Source: Minisyncoccota bacterium (GTDB lineage: Bacteria; Patescibacteriota; Minisyncoccia; Phycocordibacterales; UBA918). From it: 55,035 nucleotides of DNA. Position 1 is the first letter of the stretch. Every line of letters starts with the position of its first letter. Location of the stretch: the NCBI GenBank assembly GCA_041688155.1, contig JBDNIW010000013.1, positions 1-55,035 of the forward strand, in the 5' to 3' direction. The notes beneath the pieces are model-generated. The model had not been told where the DNA came from. It searched no databases and was given only the letters and a program-made list of their open reading frames with translations. Made by a program: the position numbers and the translations under genes. Shown piece by piece: positions 53,148 to 55,035 of this stretch.

Positions 53148-53741
53148 CTAGAGCCACGGGATATCATACTGCTCGAATTCGGGGAGAAGTTTCTGATCGT
53201 AGAGCAGACGAGAAGTAACCTCAGCGTGCCAGAGGGCACCGTTCATCGCGTTATGCGGATCGAGCTCCTTTTCTAAACCGCAATAGTTGAGGATAGCTTT
53301 GGAGTTAAGCGCAGTACGCCTGTGTTTGATGTCAACCGGTGGTACGCTACCAGATTTGATGACATGCATCCAGCACAGCGTATGGACATCGATGGTGCGG
53401 TACGCTAGGTTCCAGTTGAGCTTCCCACGCCTGGCAGCTGCCTGCAGCATGTTGTGATCAAACGGCACATTTTGCCCCGTCAGTGTCCGCTCGGGCAAAT
53501 CTTGCGACCACTTGAGGAACGCCGCAACCAGTTCCGCTTCGGATTGTTTAGCCGGATCAGTTGCCTGCTCCATCGTAAACCCATTGACCTCAAGCGCCTC
53601 ATCCATAATCTCCGCTCCTGCCCAAATTCGACATTCTCCGTAAAACCGATTGGACGGATTCCGGAAATCCAGCGCCCCAATGGAGAGAATCGAGTGTAAA
53701 TCTGGCCGCAGCCCTGAGCATTCTGTATCAATAATTAACAT
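53148..53741 (-). CDS. DEDD-type 3'-5' exonuclease (DnaQ-like)
   Basis: IIDTECSGL (ExoI), NVPFDHNML (ExoII), HNAMNGA (ExoIII-like). Confidence 0.7.
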   Translation of the reverse strand: MLIIDTECSGLRPDLHSILSIGALDFRNPSNRFYGECRIWAGAEIMDEALEVNGFTMEQATDPAKQSEAELVAAFLKWSQDLPERTLTGQNVPFDHNMLQAAARRGKLNWNLAYRTIDVHTLCWMHVIKSGSVPPVDIKHRRTALNSKAILNYCGLEKELDPHNAMNGALWHAEVTSRLLYDQKLLPEFEQYDIPWL

Positions 53742-53747
53742 AGTGTC

Positions 53748-53756
53748 AGTATATCA
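53748..53756 (-). promoter_or_regulatory. extended -10 TGaTATACT, 6 nt before exonuclease ATG 53741
   Basis: Reverse complement read directly; overlaps stop of upstream gene. Confidence 0.5.
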
Positions 53757-54128
53757 CTCGAACTGGCAATTCCCCGCTGGGCCATAACCGGCGGCTTGAG
53801 CTTCTTGAATGGAGTTAAAGTAGATTTTATTCTCTTCGTTGATAGTTTTGGCACCACTACAAGTTAACAGGTGATATTTGGTGCCGTTGACCGACGCCAC
53901 TACCGTTTGAACCACTGTTTCTATAGGGTCGTTTGTAGTAGTTGCAGGCTCGACTGGCTGGCTTGGGGCGTCAGTAAATATAATTCCAGCTGAGTTTTGC
54001 TGTGCTGGTGCAACTGCTGGCTGGACAGAATACCGCCCCAGCACAAACGCACATACGCCAATGGCACAAAACAGCAGCGCCAAGAAAAACCGGTCTGACT
54101 GTATGAGGTACTTGAGTTTTTTGTCCAT
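53754..54128 (-). CDS. membrane-anchored protein with small C-terminal Cys-containing (Ada-Zn-binding/sunset-like) domain
   Basis: TM helix; KYHLLTCSGAK...FNSIQEAQAAGYGPAGNC; start set at ATG 54128. Confidence 0.45.
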   Translation of the reverse strand: MDKKLKYLIQSDRFFLALLFCAIGVCAFVLGRYSVQPAVAPAQQNSAGIIFTDAPSQPVEPATTTNDPIETVVQTVVASVNGTKYHLLTCSGAKTINEENKIYFNSIQEAQAAGYGPAGNCQFE

Positions 54129-54176
54129 ATATCGTATACTGCTGCCCGTTAATACTACCATTTATCACATAGCACT

Positions 54177-54461
54177 ATGGCAAAGAAAAAAGCTGGCGGA
54201 ACAGCCAAGAACCTGCGCGACTCCCAACCAAAATACCTGGGTATCAAGCGCGCAGACGGTCAAGCCGTCAAAGTAGGTGAAATCATCGTGCGTCAGCGCG
54301 GCACCAAAGTCGAAGCAGGAAAAGGAGTGAAACTGTCAAAAGATCACACGATTTTTGCTATGCAAGATGGTGTCGTAGCGTTTCGCGACATGCGAAAGAC
54401 GCGGTTTAACGGCAAAACTGTAAGCAAGAAAGCCGTTGACGTTGTATTGGTGGCTGCGTAG
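54177..54461 (+). CDS. rpmA: 50S ribosomal protein L27
   Basis: [40 protein letters not shown]. Confidence 0.95.
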   Translation: MAKKKAGGTAKNLRDSQPKYLGIKRADGQAVKVGEIIVRQRGTKVEAGKGVKLSKDHTIFAMQDGVVAFRDMRKTRFNGKTVSKKAVDVVLVAA

Positions 54462-54480
54462 TCACACTCCAACAAGATAC

Positions 54481-54512
54481 AAAAGACCGGCACCTATGGC
54501 GCCGGTCTTTTG
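54481..54512. terminator. bidirectional intrinsic terminator between rpmA and the PPIase gene
   Basis: AAAAGACCGGC...GCCGGTCTTTT. Confidence 0.75.
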
Positions 54513-54526
54513 TATATTATGAGTAC

Positions 54527-55035
54527 CTACTCTTTAATGGTTGCTCGTTCGATGACTACCGGGTCCAGGGGTTGGTCGCTTGGGCCGGTTGCTACTACTG
54601 CAATCGCATCAACAATATCCATTCCGGCGACTACCTGCCCGAACACCGGGTGTTTTGATTGGGCTGGCGGTTTGTCAAAATCTAGGTTGGTGTTATCGCT
54701 CAGGTTAATGAAAAACTGACTACCGCCGCTATTGGGACCACTGTTGGCCATTGAGAGTGAGCCGCGGACGTTTGATAGTTTCTCACCAGCGATGTGTTCG
54801 TCAGGGATACTGTACCCTGGGCCACCCGTACCGTAGCGTCCAACCTCATCGGTTTTAGTAATCGGGTCTCCGCCTTGAATCATAAAGCCCTCAATGACTC
54901 GGTGGAATTTGATTCCGTCATAGAATCCTTCGTTGACTAGTTTCATAAAATTGCCCGCCGTAATTGGCATGGCGTCGTCATATAGCTCGATCTCGATTAC
55001 TCCTTGGTTGGTTTCTAGTACAGCAATTGGGTTCA
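54527..55035 (-). CDS. cyclophilin-type peptidyl-prolyl isomerase (5' end outside window)
   Basis: GFYDGIKFHRVIEGFMIQGGDP, SMANSGPNSGGSQFFI; frame stays open upstream of ATG 54970 (..ETNQGVIEIELYDDAMP..). Confidence 0.85.
   Translation of the reverse strand, partial: NPIAVLETNQGVIEIELYDDAMPITAGNFMKLVNEGFYDGIKFHRVIEGFMIQGGDPITKTDEVGRYGTGGPGYSIPDEHIAGEKLSNVRGSLSMANSGPNSGGSQFFINLSDNTNLDFDKPPAQSKHPVFGQVVAGMDIVDAIAVVATGPSDQPLDPVVIERATIKE

Overview
This 55-kb chromosomal window reads like a small-genome Patescibacteria/CPR-type bacterium, possibly Saccharibacteria-like. That placement is an inference from gene content: compact housekeeping genes, an AlaRS that ends after the editing domain, a short archaeal-type AspRS, and almost no Shine-Dalgarno sites. 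I support about 61 CDS. On the plus strand: the 3' end of leuS, mltG, mnmA, alaS, the infA-rpmJ-rpsM-rpsK-rpsD-rpoA-rplQ-rplM-rpsI block, grpE-dnaK-dnaJ, trpS, aspS, scpA/scpB, a dac-mraY-ftsW-murG-gltX-M23 envelope block and a Xer-type tyrosine recombinase. On the minus strand: MFS, EVE, a lysozyme-like gene, SPFH, ROK kinase, pgi, LOG and an exonuclease. A stretch at about 25.5-32.2 kb looks AT-richer by eye. It holds a GNAT, an EamA transporter, an unknown protein, a SET-domain methyltransferase, a Cys-rich membrane protein, and a histidine kinase with a degenerate tandem paralog. I recognised no rRNA, tRNA, CRISPR array or transposase. The most unusual signals are noncoding. (1) Five copies of a 240-300 bp composite inverted-repeat element fill intergenic gaps, and their internal hairpins keep pairing through compensatory changes. 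(2) Four tandem paralogous structured units of 115-155 nt sit between rpsI and grpE, each ending in an intrinsic terminator. (3) Extended -10 promoters (TGnTAnAnT) sit 6-12 nt from ATG codons, implying widespread leaderless mRNAs. (4) A perfect 16-6-16 palindrome lies just after the recombinase gene, and a 740-bp gene-free structured region lies before it.
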